Below are positions 29,281 through 43,207 of a DNA stretch of 64,000 nt, piece after piece. The notes under the pieces are model-generated. The model was not told the origin of the DNA. It did not search any database and saw only the letters and a list, made by a program, of their open reading frames with translations. Position 1 is the first letter of the stretch; each line of letters begins with the position of its first letter. Source of the DNA: Octopus vulgaris (Eukaryota); the NCBI GenBank assembly GCA_951406725.2, contig OX597835.1:44330001-44394000 (forward strand), written 5' to 3'. Made by a program: the position numbers and the translations under genes.

Positions 29281-29443
29281 ACTAACCGAAGACTTTGTTT
29301 TCGTTATTTTTCCTTCTGTTTTACATATGTGAGGTACATGTATATGTTATATGTGGAGTTATATTTGTAGAAAATAGATATAAGCGGTCTTTGACTGCTA
29401 CTTCTAATTTTTCGGTATGTGGCTAGGCAACCTGTTCCTTGCC

Positions 29444-29493
<50 letters not shown>

Positions 29494-29534
29494 GGCAAGC
29501 AACAGATTGCTTAGCCAAAAATTAGAAATAGCAG

Positions 29535-29582
<48 letters not shown>

Positions 29583-29588
29583 GTATAT

Positions 29589-29621
<33 letters not shown>

Positions 29622-29717
29622 CATGTATATGTACATAATTGTTAAAGAGGACAGCAAACGGTAAGGCAAGGTAAACATCTCATTCATATAAATTATTATT
29701 ATTGGAAAAAATTCAAA

Positions 29718-29773
29718 GTCTTGCAGCTGTTTCTGGAATATTCCAGAACATGGGATATTCCGTCATCAGAGAC
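29718..29773 (-). ncRNA. Type I hammerhead-like motif, cleavage triplet mutated
   Basis: GTCT-CTGATGA-CGGAATAT..ATATTCCA-GAAAC-AGCT-GCA-AGAC. Stems I and II pair well; GUA reads GCA. Confidence 0.65.
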
Positions 29774-30504
29774 AAATAGGGAAAAGTAGGGAAAATGAAA
29801 ATGGTGTATATTTATGAAGTGACGACGTAGAGGAAGGGAGTAAAGGAATAAAGAGATGAAGAGAGAGAGAAGAAAAAAGAAGCATAACAGTTCATAGTTC
29901 AACTTGCCGATGGTGTAATCCTGCGTAGATCCACGTTGGTTAAAACCCTTAAAGCAATTTTAAAATAACCAATATTTTCCTTACTTAAAATTTAATCGTT
30001 CCAATTTTTAAATTGTAAACCAGGAACCTGTGTAAAAAAACAAACCCTAGAAATCTCTGCTTTTATAGCGATAGAAAAGAATTGGGACCTAACGTAGGAC
30101 AGAGTGAATTGTTCTGTTGGGTGAAAATGAAAAGGTAATGTATGCAAACTGATTGACAGAAAATATATGTAGGGAGGGAAAATTTGAAAATTTGAGAGAG
30201 AAATACGATTTAGAAAAATGTAAAACACAAGCGAGGAAGAATTTATAAAGTCTGAGATAAGTAGAACCTTGTGTAGAAATCTTTAAACGTAATAAGAGGA
30301 AAAATACAGGTAACTTTGGTGTTTTGAGTTCAATTCCCACTGTGGTTGGATTGAGTCGTAGATCGGGTTTGAAAGAACCGCCTGGAAAACTGCCTGCCTT
30401 TGGTGGAATCAACTGCGTTTCACGCACTCGATCCTGGTTTATAGTTTCAGGACGATATATTTCTCCTTGAGTCTCACAAGACATGAAGGTCTTGAAAAAA
30501 ATGG

Positions 30505-30770
30505 TCGTGACCCCCCACACTAAACTTCGCTCTGGACTGAGCAGTGGTTAGTCCACATTTATTCTGTGAGGAACATAGGGTCTGTTTCCCGCGTTTTTCA
30601 GGCATATGAATTCCTTCCTGAATGGGACACGGATAGGTCGCTAGATTATTCATTTTTATAACCTGGGTGGATGGACAAGAGCGACAAGAAATGAAGCTTT
30701 TTGCTGAAGAACACAACGCATCACCTGGTCCAGGAATCGAAACAACAACCTAGCGGTCATGCGTCTCACA
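30505..30770 (-). mobile_element. Diverged SINE family D copy
   Basis: gaaatgaag..tttgctgaagaacacaacgca...ggtccaggaatcgaaac is the reverse complement of the family D head/core. Confidence 0.55.
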
Positions 30771-31555
30771 CACACAAAATAACGTCCACACACAAAAAAG
30801 AAAAAAAAAATAAGTGACAGCCTGTTTGACAGAATTGCACAATGTTTTTACATTCTGGCATGGACTCTGCTTACTCAGGATATTGCCCGAAGTGCTGACC
30901 ATTCTGCCACCAGTTGCATAGAGACTGTCGAGGCATTATACACCTGCACTAATTTATCCTGAGAATTCCAATGTAATCCGAGTCATGTAGCGTGTGAGAA
31001 TGAGAGGCAGAGTGGTTATGAATTCCAAGCCGACCATTGAACACACAGCAAAGAACATTGATGAGACAATTATATCCTAATAGTGAGCTTCTAAGATTAA
31101 CGCATCAAATATTCAATAGAAGAAAGAAGAAAAAGAAAAAAAAAGAAAAGAAGAGAAAAAGATGATAGCTCACCGATGTATATATGAGCAGGTTTAAAGT
31201 GCTATATTATGAAATAAGTTTCTGCTGGTAACATTTTTATGCTTCGTTTCATTTACTTCAGAATTCTTAAATGAACATCAGTTATTTTGAAGATATTTTG
31301 AAGATATTTAGAGAATTGTGTGGAATCGTGTGTGCATGTGTGTGTGCGGATGTATAATGCATACATACATACATACATACATACATACATGCATGCATGC
31401 ATATATATATATATATATGTAATCTCTTTTTCATTCTCTAACAATATATTTTCATGTGTGTACATAAATACGTACGTACATACATATATATACGTGCATA
31501 CATACATGGGAACATACATGTACAGACATATGAACACAGACACTGACAAAAGTAT

Positions 31556-31594
<39 letters not shown>

Positions 31595-31762
31595 TATACA
31601 TTCATATATCTAACAGATGTACGTATATAGATGCACACACATATGTATGTGTATATTTCTATGCATAGGGAGGCAGATAGAGGAATTTATTTTGTTCACA
31701 TATCTGTCCATTTATCAATATATCTATATGTATACACATATATACATTTAATGTAAGTAAAT

Positions 31763-31806
<44 letters not shown>

Positions 31807-32694
31807 GTGTGTGTGCATATGCGTACATATAGAGACATACATTCATATACATGTTGATATATGATATATGAATATCAAAATGTATAGACATTTATATACA
31901 TCTATACATGTATATACATATGCATGTGTCTACATGCACATACGTATATGCATAAATATATATATGTATATACATGTATACATATATATAAATGAATATA
32001 CATGTACATATACACAGTCACTCACACACACAACACTACACACGCGAACGTATACACACACACATCTATATGTTTGACAAAAACATTAGACTTCCCATAT
32101 CCTAGGCTTGACACGGCAATTTATTCAATTGAAACAAAAAAAGAGAGAAACTAAAAACGAAAACCGACAACCCAAAAACGGTTTGATACTCAACAAGCCT
32201 GGATAATTTTTCCCTTTCAGCACTATCACAAGAATGATTGAAAGGAAAAGTAATTTTATTTAATACACCAGTAGGAAACACATAAGGACGAGAAAACTGG
32301 TGTAGGAAGATGAAGGCTTCGAGAGCGTATCTTGAATTAAGCAGTCTTGTTCAACCCGATAAAGATTCGCAAGTACACCTACACAGAAATTCGCCTTTAC
32401 TATAAATCTGTTGATTTACTCTTCTTCCTCATTTGGTTATTTGCTCATTTACTCAATTAATCACCTGTTCCTATATGATTAGATGCTGCCACACTCTTGT
32501 TTTTGCAATTACCAACTCTCTATATTTGATAATCTGTACCACTAATTCATGTGTGTATTCATCTAATACACTGGAATGAATAGACTTACTGGAATGTTTA
32601 TCGGCTGATATCTGTCGATTTTCTATCCTCTCCACTTTCTTATTTACCGAATAAACCAAGGGTAAACCACTTTCTACCTATGAATGTGAGTATA

Positions 32695-33797
32695 CGTGGT
32701 TTAATCAATAAGTATCCGGCGGCGAGCAGGCAGAAACGTTAGCACGTCGGGCGAAATGCTTAGCAGTATTTCGTCTACCGTTACGTTCTGAGTTCAAATT
32801 CCGCCGAGGTCGACTTTGCCTTTCATCCTTTCGGGGTCGATAAATTAAGTACCAGTTACGCACTGGGGTCGATATAATCGATTTAATCCCTTTGTCTGTC
32901 CTTGTTTGTCCTCTCTATGTTTAGCCCCTTGTGGGCATAAAGAAATATTAATCAATAAGTATCCGGACTGTTGCTAAAGTAGCGAAGCTAAATTACAAAG
33001 AGTAAAGCCAAATTGACCGTGTACTCTGCGCTCCATGCGCACTAAGTTTTAACGTTCTAGCTCTCTTCCGCTGTGCTTGGAAGGAAGGTGTGTAGCGTGT
33101 GATCGTTGCACTAAACATGACAGAGAAAGTTGAACTGAGAATCTGCATCAAATTTTCCCAAAATCTTGGGGCTACCTGCTCAGAAGTTTACGAAAAATTT
33201 TCAAAAGTGTTCTCAGTGCAATCAAGGAGATTTTTGCGACTGAAACCCGAGTGTCTTTTTGGTCAGCTGAAAGCAGTTTTGGCACAAACTTGGCAGATAC
33301 GCGTCTTATATCCAAATCTTCAGGGATAATGGACTGAAGCGAACCATTAACTAATCTGAACATCTCTACTGATAACTCACGGATGGGGATTCTACGAGTT
33401 TCCCTCACAGCTGTATGCACATCTGCAATGTTTTTCTCACTTCTGCTGCCTCCCAGAATATTCCTGAATATCCTCATTTTTTCGGCCATCTTCGAAACGG
33501 CTGAACCACATGTACATTTGTGTGCGGTTCATACACTCCTCTCTACGCACTTTCTGCAAATTTGCATAGACTTCTGAACAGGTACCGCCAAGACAAATTC
33601 CTCTGTCATGGTCAATGCGACAATCACACGCTACACACGGTCCTTCCAAGCACTCCTCTAAAGAACGGAAGTAAGCTAGAACGTAAAAACTTAGTGCGCA
33701 TGCACACAAGCGTTTACGGTCAATTTCTGCTAAGCGGCTTCACTCTGCGTGCGTTAGCATTGTTTCTATGGCAACAGTCCGGATACTTATTGATCAG
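32695..33797 (-). mobile_element. Second mariner-derived foldback element (same family as 21997), interrupted by a SINE
   Basis: Same TIR (tcaataagtatccggactgttg); HTH remnants TCSEVYANLQKVRREECMNRTQMYMWFSRFEDG and RRVSAKFVPKLLSADQK; inverted copy of the ORF start (MTEKVELRICIKF) on the plus strand. Confidence 0.82.
32718..32947 (+). mobile_element. SINE family B inserted in the mariner TIR, 17-bp TSD
   Basis: TTAATCAATAAGTATCC at 32701-32717 and 32948-32964 flanks a full family B copy. Confidence 0.92.
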
Positions 33798-33983
33798 TAC
33801 TAGTGTATATATATATATATAAAAATATGTATATATGTATATATTATTATATATGTTGGTTGTCTACTCCTTATGCAGAGTTTGACCACATCCTGTACCT
33901 ACACCTTAGAACCATCATATCATCGGGTGTCGGTTCTTAAACCAATGTTATGAAAAGACACTCACTTAGATTGCATATATACT

Positions 33984-34015
<32 letters not shown>

Positions 34016-34053
34016 TACATATATATACATATACACATATATGTATATAATAT

Positions 34054-34362
34054 GTGGGAGCGCAATGGCCCAGTGGTTAGGGCAGTGGACTCGTGGTTGT
34101 AGGATCGCGGTTTCGATTCCCAGACCGGGCGATGTGAGTGTTTATTGAGCGAAAACACCTAAAAGCTCTACGAGGCTCCGGCAGGGGTTGGTGGCCAACC
34201 CTGCTGTACTCTTTCGCCACAACCTTCTCTCACTCTTTCTTCTGTAGGCCTGTTCGCTTAGCCAGCGGGGTGGCGTCATTTGAAGGCTAAAACAATGGGA
34301 AGCGCATTGTGACCAGCGATGTGTTGCAACTTCTGGTTGGTCGGTCACGGTGACGGTGATAT
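34054..34362 (+). mobile_element. SINE family C with RTE-like 3' tail
   Basis: Head and body match the 16498 copy; tail TGTGACCAGCGATGT...TGGTCGGTCACGGTGACGGTGAT resembles the 3' end of the LINE at 38111. Confidence 0.88.
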
Positions 34363-34715
34363 ATTATATATATACATATATAAATGTGTGTGTGTGAGTG
34401 TGTGTGTGTGAATATATATGGATGAAAGGTTTTCTTTTCAGTGTGGTCAATTTAAAACTTTAAAACACGATTCTGCATAAGCTAATTTTATCTTTCCATG
34501 AATGTTTTTTTTTGCAAATTTCGTGTTAATCCTCAGCAGGATTTGGGGAACATCAATTTGTTCTTTCGAGATTACCTCCGTTTGAAATGATTACTCTTAC
34601 TCCTGCCTCTTTTGTTGGGGGTAATTAAACCGGTTTTATACTTATTGCCGTGTTACCACGTAACGTATACGTCTGACTGTAACTAACTTTCAGCAAAAAT
34701 GTATTGTTCTTATTA

Positions 34716-35140
34716 GGCGCAGGAGTGGCTGTGTGGTAAGTAGCTTGCTAACCAGCCACATGGTTCCGGGTTCAGTCCTACTGCGTGGCGTCTTGGGCAA
34801 GTGTCTTCTGCTATAGCCCCGGGCCGACCAATGCCTTGTGAGTGGATTTGGTAGACGGAAACTGAAAGAAGCCTGTCGTATATATGTTTATATATATATA
34901 AGTGTGTGTGTATATGTTTGTGTGTCTGTGTTTGTCCCCCTAGCATTGCTTGACAACCGATGCTGGTGTGTCTATGTCCCCGTCACTTAGCGGTTCGGCA
35001 AAAGAGACCGATAGAATAAGTACTGGGCTTACAAAGAATAAGTCCCGGGGTCGATTTGCTCGACTAAAGGCGGTGCTCCAGCGTTGGCCGCAGTCAAATG
35101 ACTGAAACAAGTAAATGAGTAAAAGAGAGAAAAGAGAGAG
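34716..35140 (+). mobile_element. SINE family A, full length
   Basis: High identity to 330-760. Confidence 0.9.
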
Positions 35141-35740
35141 TATTACTAGAATACCCTAATAGCCAGTTCCTATATGCATTGTGTCGTTAATAAGATTCCC
35201 ATAACTAATCAACTGTTTTGATTTTGGTTCTAGTTTTCTTTCTTCGAGAATTCCGTGTTGCAGTTTGTGCGTTGTCAACTAATGTCTCCCGCACAAGTGT
35301 TGTTTTACGTTGTGCCGAGCGCTTTGTTGACAGAGTGTCTTGGTAAATCCGCAAGGACGTCATACTTGTTTGGATAATGTAAAAACCAAGCTGATGGATT
35401 TTACAATCAAATCTTTAAATCACATTATTCATTTGCAGAATGCTCACAACTCAGTAGCTTCTTTGGTTTGTTGTCACCATGGAAATGTATAATCTTAGTG
35501 GTTTTGTATTATATTTTCATTGTTAGTTAATGGTTAGATGTATTGCATGTTGTGTCCAATCTTGAGAAGTTGTTTATAACATGGTCTTCAATTTTCTGGC
35601 TAATGCACGTTTGGTTCCGATCATTTGGTTATTTGAAATAAGTGAAGTACATGATTTATTTACAACGATCAATTTGTTTCTATGTCCTTCTAGATTTTAA
35701 TCTGTGTGCGCCCCAAGGTGATTCGGTATTTATTTCATTT

Positions 35741-35968
35741 GGCGAGCTGGCAGAAACGTTAGCGCGCCGGACGAAATGCTTAGTGGTATTTGGTCTGCCG
35801 CTACGTTCTGAGTTCAAATTCCGCCGAGGTCGACTTTGCCTTTCATCCTTTCGGGGTCGATAAATTAAGTACCAGTTACGCACTGGGGTCGATGTAATCG
35901 ACTTAATACCTATGTCTGTCCTTGTTTGTCCCCTCTGTGTTTAGCTCCTTGTGGGTAATAAAGAAATA
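35741..35968 (+). mobile_element. SINE family B with TSD
   Basis: GGTATTTATTTCATTT(GG) at 35725 and 35969 flanks the copy. Confidence 0.9.
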
Positions 35969-36325
35969 GGTATTTATTTCATTTGGGAGATTACTTTAGA
36001 AAGAAAATTATTCTTAAGAAAGATAGGAGTGCACTTGTGAGGGGAGAAGTTGTAACCGCTGGTGTTTCATATCTGCGCAGAAATTCGCTGTTGCAGTTTT
36101 AGTATTTTTATAGTTTATGTTTTAATTGTTTCAGTAATTAGACTGCCGCCAACCTGGGGCACCAACACGTTATAGCAACATCTTTAGAGTAAAAGGGGCG
36201 TGAGACTGTTTAGAACTACTGGTTAGACATGATACCTTATTGGCATGCTTTCCCCAAGGTCCCTAAATGCGCATGACTGAATGAATGGTTTATCTATCTG
36301 CTCCATTTAATTCTTTAAAGGCTTT

Positions 36326-36525
36326 GAGCTGGCAGAAACGTTAGCACGTCGGACAAATACTTAGCGGAATTTCGCCCATCTTTACGTCCTGAGTTCAAAT
36401 TACGCCGACGTCGACTTTGCCCTTCATCATATCGGGGTCGATAAAATAAGTACCAGTTGATCATTGGAGACGATGTAATCAACTTACCCCAACACCAAAA
36501 TTGCTGTCCCTATAAGAAAATTGAA
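36326..36525 (+). mobile_element. SINE family B, diverged
   Basis: gagctggcagaaacgttagcacg...gagttcaaattacgccgacgtcgactttgc. Confidence 0.75.
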
Positions 36526-36904
36526 ATCAATATTTAATTCTTTCACATTCTTGTGAGTAGCTGCCTTCTCATCAGAAATTATGGGCGGAAAGATAATTTC
36601 TGTTTCAGCATTTTGACTATTTTATAAATCCAAGCTGATTTTAGATTACCCCAATCCAGGAACATGGATTGGATTCTATTTGTACATTCACAGCAATAAT
36701 TCATTTAAGTTTAATTATTAATTAATTCCAGAACCTTTAAAATGCTATTAGGTTTTTAATTTTTTCAATGAATTCAATTTCATCCATAATTACAAAATGT
36801 TTCCTGTCATTTTTACAAAATAGTGTCATTATATATTTTCAATCGAGCAAACCTGTCTCAATTTCATATTTCGCATTGTTGTCTGTATGTTTGTGCATTG
36901 AAAT

Positions 36905-36940
<36 letters not shown>

Positions 36941-37200
36941 TGTGTACAGTGCTCAGGTGCACTACAACTCATCTAAAGTGTATATATAATCAGGTGTAGT
37001 TTCGGCGGATTTCGGAAAGCATGAGGGCCTTAAAGGATGCAGTGTCATGGCAGTCAACAACTGACGCAGGCAGTTTATTCCCTGCTTCAGCAACTCTGAG
37101 CGTGAAAAAATGTTTCCGAAAGTCATGGGAGCTGTGTTGTTTTCTGACTTTGTAGGCATGTCCACGTGTGTTAGACAGGTGGTGATCAAAAAGGTGTTCA
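36905..37200 (-). mobile_element. CR1-clade LINE 3' end fragment with (ATT)n tail
   Basis: Minus-strand translation NTRGHAYKVRKQHSSHDFRKHFFTLRVAEAGNKLPASVVDCHDTASFK fits the CR1/L2 ORF2 C-terminal pattern (TRGH..FF..RV...N.LP..VV...FK). Confidence 0.8.
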
Positions 37201-37339
37201 GTGTTGTTAGTGTTGTTAGTCCTGATGATTATACAGTAGCTGTAAATTTGTTTTATCTCTGATATCTTCTGAAGATTGAAAGACTAGATTTAAAGTTTTC
37301 TTTATCGGTTTCAGCATATTGATATTATTGTCGGTAGTA

Positions 37340-37745
37340 GGCACCGAGCTAGCAGAATCGTTTGCACGTCGGACAATATCCCTAGCGGCGTTTCGTTCAT
37401 CTTTACGCTCTGAGTTTAAAGTCGACTTTGCCCTTCATCCTTTCAGGCTCGATAAAATAAATATTAGCTGGACCCTGAAGTGGATGTAATAAAATTAACT
37501 GGTCTTCTGTGAGGATTTGAAACCGATATAATGGTCGGTAGTAAGCGCCAAACTAGCACGGGAGACAATATGCTTAGCGGCAGTTCGTTCGTCTTTACAT
37601 TCTAACTTAAAATTCCACCGAGATCGACGTTGCATTTTATCCTTAAGATTTCCATAAAATAATTATCAGTTGAGAACGAGGACTGATGAAATCGGTTGGC
37701 TTACATTTACCCGAACTTGCTGGCCTTGTGCCAAAATTTGAAACC
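37340..37745 (+). mobile_element. Two diverged SINE family B copies
   Basis: ggcaccgagctagcagaatcgtt... and tgcttagcggcagttcgttcgtctttac... Confidence 0.6.
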
Positions 37746-38110
37746 GATAATATAATCGTGAGGATCTAGATTGAGACATATAATTCGAGTAGGATTGTAA
37801 ATGGTAAAACAACGTAGATCATCTGGTACGTAGCTATATGGTCTCCTTTAACGATTTTCCTAAGTTTTTATATTATCGCCTTCAATTCCACGGGACAGAT
37901 ATGTCCGTAAATTATGAGGGAGTACTTATTCTTTAGCAAATCTTTATTGCTTAGAGGTAAGATAATATCGCTGAATTTCCTCATGTGCCTTTTGTATAAC
38001 CAGAGGTAGTATTAATATTTAGGGCTTGATCATTTCCGAAAATCTGTCATACAACAATTACTTATTGAGCTCACTGCGATCAAAGTTTGGCGCAAATATT
38101 TTACGTATAT

Positions 38111-38652
38111 ATCACCTTGATCATCTTGACCGACCAGTCCGTCAGGCGTCCATTTGACACCGCTGGTCACAGCACGCTGTCCACTCCTCTCTGGATCGCG
38201 CCTTTCTCATCCACGTGATCCTAATCGTCCTTCTGAAATCGTAACTCCACCGCCGTGGAGGCCTTCCGGCTGGTTGTTTCCACTCGCGCGGGTACCACTC
38301 GACAACTGCGTGTGTCCACCGATTATCGGTGAGCCGGGCGACGTGTCCAGCCCATCTAAACTTGCTGCGTGTATACTCTGCGATGACATCTCTCACGCCG
38401 GACTTCTTTCTGATGACCTCGCTACTGATGTGCTCTATGAACGAGATACCAAACACTGACCTTCCCATGGCTCTTTGAGTCGTTACCAGTCTCTGCACTT
38501 CTCTCTTTGTTGTAGCCCATGTTTCACAGCCATATAAAATTGCAGGTAGAACTGTACTGTTGATGAGGTTGGCGCGAGTGGTCCTGTCCAACGTTCCTTT
38601 GAGCACATCCCTTATGCCATTAAACGCCTTCCATCCGGCCCTTACTCTCCTT
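38111..38652 (-). mobile_element. RTE-clade LINE, 5'-truncated 3' end
   Basis: RRVRAGWKAF...VLPAILYGCETW...RWAGHVARLTDNRWT...GRPPRRW motifs; stop codon followed by a short 3' UTR. Confidence 0.9.
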
Positions 38653-38662
38653 ATATATATAT

Positions 38663-39090
<428 letters not shown>

Positions 39091-39094
39091 AACA

Positions 39095-39410
39095 TAATAA
39101 AATAACTCCAATAGCCACCATATTGGATCAACGACTAATTTTAAGCAAAGATTTGCGCATTTAAACTTGTTTAAATATAAAGAGCATAGCAATTCCACAC
39201 CACTAGCCAGCTACGTACACCATCTAATTAATAGAGAAATACTATATAGGCTATTCTGGGCTATAGTAGATTATGGCATCCCATATAAGGGCCAGCGCTC
39301 CACTTGTGGACTCTGCCTAAAAGAGGCCCTCAAAAGTTGAACCCATAACTCACCACAGTTACTCAACAACGACAACGAAGCCTTCACAACGCGTAAACAC
39401 AAATTCTCGC
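39095..39410 (+). pseudogene. Penelope-like element GIY-YIG endonuclease C-terminal remnant
   Basis: Translation HIGSTTNFKQRF...STPLASYVHHL...WAIVDYGIPY...TCGLCLKEAL...LLNNDNE, with the same motif order as the 58020 ORF. Confidence 0.7.
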
Positions 39411-40599
39411 GCACCTTTAAATTGTTCCATAAATCCAAGTGTAAACTTATCCTCACCGCATAATACTTACATAGATACCTCCATGGTCGTTATTACTTAC
39501 CCTTGTATGTATCTTTTCTATGAATCTTAGTGCCTCAGAAGATATCTGTTGATTCTTTAATTTATTCTAAAACCTTAACCTAATAGGTCCCCCCTAATCC
39601 TTAGTTATAACCTTTATTCCTAAATAATTTAACATTTTATTGGTTTCTCCATTCACGCCTACAAACACATTCACCCATAGCTAAGAAATATTTCTATAAC
39701 CACTGACCTTACCCATAAAACGGACACAAACACTACTTAAATTCCAGTCCCAACCCCTGAAAACTAGAACACCACCACTGGCTCCTATTATCCTCCTTAT
39801 ATCCTCTTCTCTTTGAATCTCTGTCATTTTATTTTACTTTATTTTGTATTATTTACATTATCTTCCTTTGCTTTCCTCCTCTCTCCTTATTTACCCTTGT
39901 ATATTTATTTGTCCTTTTGTTTATTTTTGTACCTTATATTTTTATATTCTTATTTCATCCTTCATACCAACCCTTGCCAATGCCCTGTCAACTGCATTAC
40001 TCCTCCTCTCTCTGTACCCCAGCTTCCCTCTGTTTATTTTTTCTTTCTCTTTATCTCTCAATAGCCACTTCTGCTATCATTCTCTTACGAACCATCGATA
40101 TGATCGCGTTCCTCTCTAGATATTTACACTATGATGGCTATAATCATACCTGGATTTACATAGGATTGTACCTACAGACTTCTGGACTTTCATCTACACT
40201 ATCGGAAAGTGGAAATGTGAACTTTTATGCTTCTTTTTTCTTCACTTCTTTAATTCTTTTTTCTCCACTCCTTTATTTCATGGTTTCCTTTATCTATACC
40301 TTTATCGATATCACCGACTGAAGGAACATTATGCGTATATAGTCAGTTAACTAATACATAATACATTGAGTTTTGATTTGCCTTTGTTAACAAGACTACA
40401 CTTCTCTATTGTTCCGTTGCTATTCCATCATTGAGTCAGAACACTGGTAGAAACGGAAGACAGAATTGTCGGAGTAGGTTTGTGTTCCAAAATAATCTGT
40501 ACGCTCACTTACGTGCATTTTTCTTGAGTATGGTTTCTTGATTTGTTGGCGATGTACCATAATCCTTTTTCTGAGTGTAATAACTGATTTTCTCGACAA

Positions 40600-41750
40600 C
40601 TTTTACATGTTATAATGTAAAACTGGTTGTCCGAATTGCAGGATAAATTGCTTGTAATTTTGAAGGTAGAATCTTATTTGACCTGGAATTCGGGACTCTC
40701 CATCGCATAGCTCAATAATCTACACTTTAGCCGGTTATAATTCCTTAATGTAGGGTCTGCTGTTTGTGAATGTATTTTTGCAATGGTCAAAATATATTTT
40801 TAGCGATTTCGTTTACCTCTCGCTTTTTATAATTGGGTGTTTTATCAACAGATTGTTTTTTTTTTTTAATTTATTGCTAGCTTTAAACATGTAGTGGAGA
40901 CACTTTCGGTGTTTCTTGCGTTAAAACTTGAAACAAATGAAATTGTATGTTTTTTTTCCCTATTTCGGTTTTGCTGTTCGACGTTCTAGGATGTTAATCT
41001 GTTTGGCTTTCTGAATTACAAATTGAATCACTTTTATGATGTCTTTTCTTCTGATTAGTATTTCTTTCATTTCGTCTCATCTCCGGCCTCTTGTTTGATG
41101 ACTTGATACGATTGTACATATTCGTTTTGCTAGGTTGAATGGACTGCTGCTTCGTGCGTGCTTTGTGTGACATGATGCAAAGAGCAAGTGCTGTCTTGAG
41201 TGGATGGCTTGAAAGTAAATGTCGGTTTCCAGTGTTGCATTTCTTATTGATCTTAGAATATCTAAGAGTAGGAGTTTACCGTTGCTCAACTTCATAGTAA
41301 ATTGGATGAGTGGGCTCATGTTGTTTATAAAGTTTTAGAAATACTTAAATATTTTCTTTCCACAAAATAAAGCAATCATGTAGAAATATTTTTCAGTTTT
41401 CTTTTAAAAAAAAGACAGCTGAATTCTTCCCCCAAAATATCAGAGGCCCTCTCGTAGATTTTCATTTCATGGTATCTTATGGCCACGTTGGCATATTTGG
41501 GGACAGCTTTCCTTCCAATGACCATTCCTGAGCTTTGCCGATGGGCTACGTTACTGGATATGAAGTAGTTTCTCTCTAAAAAGGAATTGGGTGGGTGGGG
41601 GTAATCAGCAACAAATTTTCGATCTATGACTTGTGGAATCTTATAATAAAGTGAGTCTAGCTATTAGTTTATAACTTTGATTCCATGATTATAAAGAATC
41701 TTGTTATATGAGTTTACAACATCAAACGTCATGATATAGGTATTTTCGAT
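40600..41750 (-). pseudogene. Penelope-like element reverse transcriptase remnant
   Basis: FDVVNSY, AVPKYANVA (decayed GxxMAPxYAN) and IQFTM..LLLLDI..TDIYF..RQHLLFASCHTKH..PFNLAKRICTIVS; many stops and frameshifts. Confidence 0.75.
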
Positions 41751-41965
41751 TGAGTGACCTCCTTCGGTTATGAATGACCATAGTATTGAACCTAGAAAGT
41801 TACCAAAAATTTTTCGGATCATGCCCACAGGTAGCTAAATATTAGTTAGGTTTTTGGTCCCCTTGAGATTACAGATAGAACTTGCTTTCTATATTGTGTC
41901 CACGTACAAGCTTTTTATCTCTTTATACTTTTTACTTATATTTTTTATATAATTTTTGTATATAT

Positions 41966-42186
41966 CTCTTTTACTCTTTTACTCTTTTACTTGTTTCAGT
42001 CATTTGACTGCGGCCATGCTGAAGCACCGCCTTTAATCGAGCAACTCGACCCCAGGACTTATTCATTGTAAGCCCAGTACTTATTCTATCGGTCTCATTT
42101 ACCGAACCGCTAAGTGACGGGGACATAAACACACCAGCATCGGTTGTCAAGCAATGCTAGGGAGACAAACACAGACACACATACTT

Positions 42187-42222
<36 letters not shown>

Positions 42223-42393
42223 CATATATACGACAAGCTTCTTCCAGTTTCCGTCTACCAAATCCACTCACAAGGCTTTAGTCGGCCCGAGGCTATAGCA
42301 GAAGACACTTGCCCAAGATGCCACGCAGTGGGACTGAACCCGGAACCATGTGGTTGGTTAGCAAGCTACTTACCACACAGCCACTCCTGCACC
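41966..42393 (-). mobile_element. SINE family A, full length
   Basis: Reverse complement of 34716-35140. Confidence 0.9.
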
Positions 42394-43014
42394 TGTATCT
42401 ATATATTTTTTATACATATATTTTTGGCATATTTATAGAGATATTTGTTTATAGGTTTATTGCTTATATATTTTTTACACATAATTTTTCTATATTCTAC
42501 CTTCCACCCTTCATTTTCCCTGGGCGTATATAGACGTGTATATGGAAACCTCTGTGCGCGCGTGTGGATGTGTGCGTCTGTGCGGGTATGTGCGTATATA
42601 GATGTGTGTGTGTGTGTGTGCGTGCATGCGGGTATGTGCGTATATAGACGTGTTTTACTCATTGCTCTTACACATTTTTCTGTATTTTTGCTTTTAGCCC
42701 TTTTTTCTTGTGTATGTGCGCATATAGACGTGTTTATGAAGTTTTTTGTGCGCGCGTGTGTGCGTGCGTATATAGACGTGTGCGGGTATGCGCGTACATA
42801 GACGTGTGTGTGTAAGTGCATACGGGTATGTGCATATATATAGACGTGTTTTACACTTACTGTTCATTTTTATTGTCCCTTACACTTTTTTCTGTATTGT
42901 TGCCCTTAGCCCTGATATTTTTTGTGCTAGTGCCTATATAAACATATGTATGAACCTTTTTGGTAAGCGTGTGTGCGTGTGTGCGGGGGGTTGTATATAT
43001 ACATATATATATGG

Positions 43015-43207
43015 CACTAGTCGCCATGATAGATCGCTAGCCACTACACATTCTTTATTTTCTCTCCTTGTTTTTTCTGTGTCCCTTTCTGTAGAAGGGC
43101 GTAGGCTCGAAACGTAAAAGACTTTTTCTATTCCTGAGCGTTATACTAATACATCTGTTTGTTTTGTACATCACCTGTCTTCGTCTTTTGTTTTTTTCGT
43201 AAACTCT

